Shown here: one piece after another, positions 61,596 to 64,000 of the stretch | Layout: each line of letters opens with the position of its first letter | How positions within the stretch are numbered: the stretch's first letter is position 1 | From: Octopus sinensis | Lineage: Eukaryota | Assembly: GCF_006345805.1 (NCBI RefSeq) | Contig: NC_043024.1 | Coordinates: 2,418,001 to 2,482,000 of the forward strand | Direction of reading: 5' to 3' | DNA length: 64,000 nucleotides | Translations under genes and position numbers: made by a program | The notes under the pieces: generated by a model | What the model was told of the DNA's origin: nothing | What the model saw: the letters and a program-made list of their open reading frames with translations, nothing else | Database searches by the model: none

Positions 61596-62377
61596 TCTAT
61601 TAAATCATTCTCTCGAATAAATAGCTTAACTTGATGGAAGTGCTTCTTGCAATTGAGTTGTGGTAAATTATTCTCTTACACAGTTTTATTAAATGCCAGT
61701 ATATTTATTATTTTTATTTATTTATGCGCCCTTTACAAACCTAGCCAGGCTCATGGGCCCGGTCTCTGTGGCATATGTGTTACACCACCAGCTGGACAGG
61801 ACGCCAGTCCATCGCAGCATTACTCAAGAAACAGGAAGAAAGAGTACAGCAGGGATCGCCACCACCCCCTGCCGGAGCCTCGTGGAGCTTTAGGTGTTTT
61901 CCCTCAATAAACACACACAACGCCCGGTCTGGGAATTGAAACCGCATTAAATAAATGTTAGATTAGTGAGTTATAGTAAAAATAGTATCATATGAATGAG
62001 AGAACAACGTGATCACATTTATAACTTTGTTAAAGAAATTGATTGAACTGATATAGATAAATTAGAAAATAATTAAATCGATACATTATAAAATAATTAT
62101 AGTGAGAAATATAACTCACTATCTACCATTTATTTACCAACTAGCATTAAAGACCCGTCGTTGCCGGGTCATAGTGCTAGTGCATGTATATATGTGTACA
62201 TATTACATGTACATCTATCTATATACATCTACACATAAAATGCAAAATACAAAGTTATATCTTGATATCGCTAGTGATAACAATATTCAAAATATATAAC
62301 AGACTAGAATTGTTAGCTCTTCTTTTTTCTCTACGTTGTATAATTTATAGACAATAGTCTTTTCTTTAATTTAATTT

Positions 62378-62452
62378 CTGATGAGATTTTGCCCAATTAA
62401 ATGTTTTAATTATTGGAATTTCTTTTGAGCAAAATCGAAACAGCTGTAAGTG
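62378..62452 (+). ncRNA. Hammerhead-like motif (copy of 1000-1078) that has lost its 5' stem I strand
   Basis: Core intact; a ~610-bp deletion ends immediately before CTGATGA. Confidence 0.45.
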
Positions 62453-62757
62453 TACATGTTGAATTTTTGCAGTGAATAAACTATATTAATGCTACTTCTC
62501 TGTTTCCTGGATTTTAATTTGTATATATATCATCATCATGATCATCGTTTAATATCCGTTTTCCGTGCTAGCACGGGTTGGACGGTTCGAACGGGGTCTG
62601 GGAAGCCAGGAGGCTGCACCAGGCCCAGTCTGATCTGGCAGTGTTTCTACAGCTGGTTTCCCTTCCTAACGCCAACCACTCCGCAAGTGTAGTGGGTGTT
62701 TTTTAAATGCCACTAGCACAGGTGCAAGGGGAGTCTCGCAGTGGCCACGATCGGTTA

Positions 62758-62793
<36 letters not shown>

Positions 62794-63013
62794 GTTAATC
62801 CAAAAGAGAAAGCACAAAAAAAAACACAACAACGCGAGGACGTGGAAGAAATATAGTATTATTGGACGCTCAGGAATGAAGGATAGTTTAACGTTTCGAG
62901 CGGAGCTCTTCGTTGGAAACATAGGAGAAGGAAAGATCTGCTGTATATGAAATACCAGGAGTTATTGTGTTAAAAAGAGCAAGGACTAATGTTTACTTTG
63001 AAACGGTTGATGA

Positions 63014-63582
63014 ATGTTCCTCGTGCCATTCAGTGACAACTTTAGCTGTGAGAATTGGTGCATTATCATCCTGAAAGCTTGCGTTGCCCTCTGGAAACAG
63101 TTCCGCAACCATAGGATGAATTTGATCAGGTAAAATGCTTAAATAGTCTTGACTATTAATTCTGACATGAAGGGGAACCATTGGGCTGGCAGATATCCAA
63201 GATATAGCTCCCCAGATCATTACAGATCCTCCTCCATGTTTAACAGTTGGAAGAAGGCAGTCTGGGTCAAATGCTTCTTTTGGCTCTCTTCACACGTATA
63301 CTCGGCCGGTGGTCGGAAATAACGTAATGGATGACTCGTCCTAGAAAATAACATTCTTCCACTGCTCCAGGGACCAATTCTGTAGGTTTTTACTCCACTC
63401 TAAACGCTTTGCAACGTTTGTTTTTGAAAGTAGTGGTTTTCTGATTGCAGCCCTCCCTTGAAATCTGGCTTTGTGCAGCTCCCAGCAAAAAGTTTTTGTG
63501 GAAACTGGGTTCTTGAGGCGGTCATCAAGCCCTGCAGTAATTTTGGGGGCTGTACTTTAGTGATCCTTTCTAACAATTTGTT
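63014..63582 (-). mobile_element. Tc1/mariner transposase relic
   Basis: Copy of 54704-55272; marks the start of another array unit. Confidence 0.85.
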
Positions 63583-64000
63583 GAATTAATTAATTGTCAT
63601 TTAAACCCGAAGCTATATAAAAATATTGAGGACTTTTGTTGAAGGAAGAGTTACTTCCCCTCGTCCATTAACCGTTCAGTCTTGCAAATTCCGTTTATTT
63701 CCTGCTATAGTTTCATACAAATCTTTATTCCTTGATCAATTCCACTTTATAACTGATAATTATTAGGAGACCGGAATTAGATACGAATGATTTCATATCT
63801 AATTTCATATCTAACGCACAACTCAGAAAAAAGGAAGGACTAAAAAAAATTACTTAAACAAAGTTATATAATTTCTTTCCCTGTTTCGTTTTCCTTTTCA
63901 CTGCCCATTCCAAATTTTTTACTTCCTACATTTTGCTATTAACCATTTCTTAATATCCTCACCATTTCCATCTATACATATACAGACATTTTCATACATC

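Overview
AT-rich, repeat-dense eukaryotic DNA. The finger codon usage (TGTGATATCTGTGGTAAATCATTCTCT) and the SINE families point to an octopus (coleoid) genome; this is inference, consistent with the known clustered C2H2 zinc-finger expansion in Octopus. The window is a tandem array of ~9-13 kb duplicated units, each with a candidate promoter, a TE-filled intron and one poly-C2H2 coding exon. Order: A1 (9803, intact), B1 (18048, open but 3'-truncated), an inverted ZNF 3' fragment C (24303-24883), A2 (33937, 1-bp frameshift), B2 (42921, internally inverted and hit by a CR1-like LINE), B3 (50093, promoterless pseudogene), B4 (59378, intact, 20 fingers). Positions 1.., 53067.. and 61967.. are homologous, so the array probably continues beyond both ends. 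Mobile DNA includes Helitrons, Tc1 relics, piggyBac-like and other MITEs, several SINE families, an RTE-like fragment and Penelope-like pieces. The most notable hidden signal is a set of distinct type-I hammerhead-ribozyme-like motifs of the Penelope type. One lies in the sense strand of the ZNF intron, with a canonical CUGAAGA core in A-type genes and CCGAAGA in B-type genes. Also notable are one regulatory cassette shared by two unrelated finger payloads, and a ZNF pseudogene predicted to transcribe a self-complementary finger hairpin. All calls are by eye; no searches or folding programs were run.
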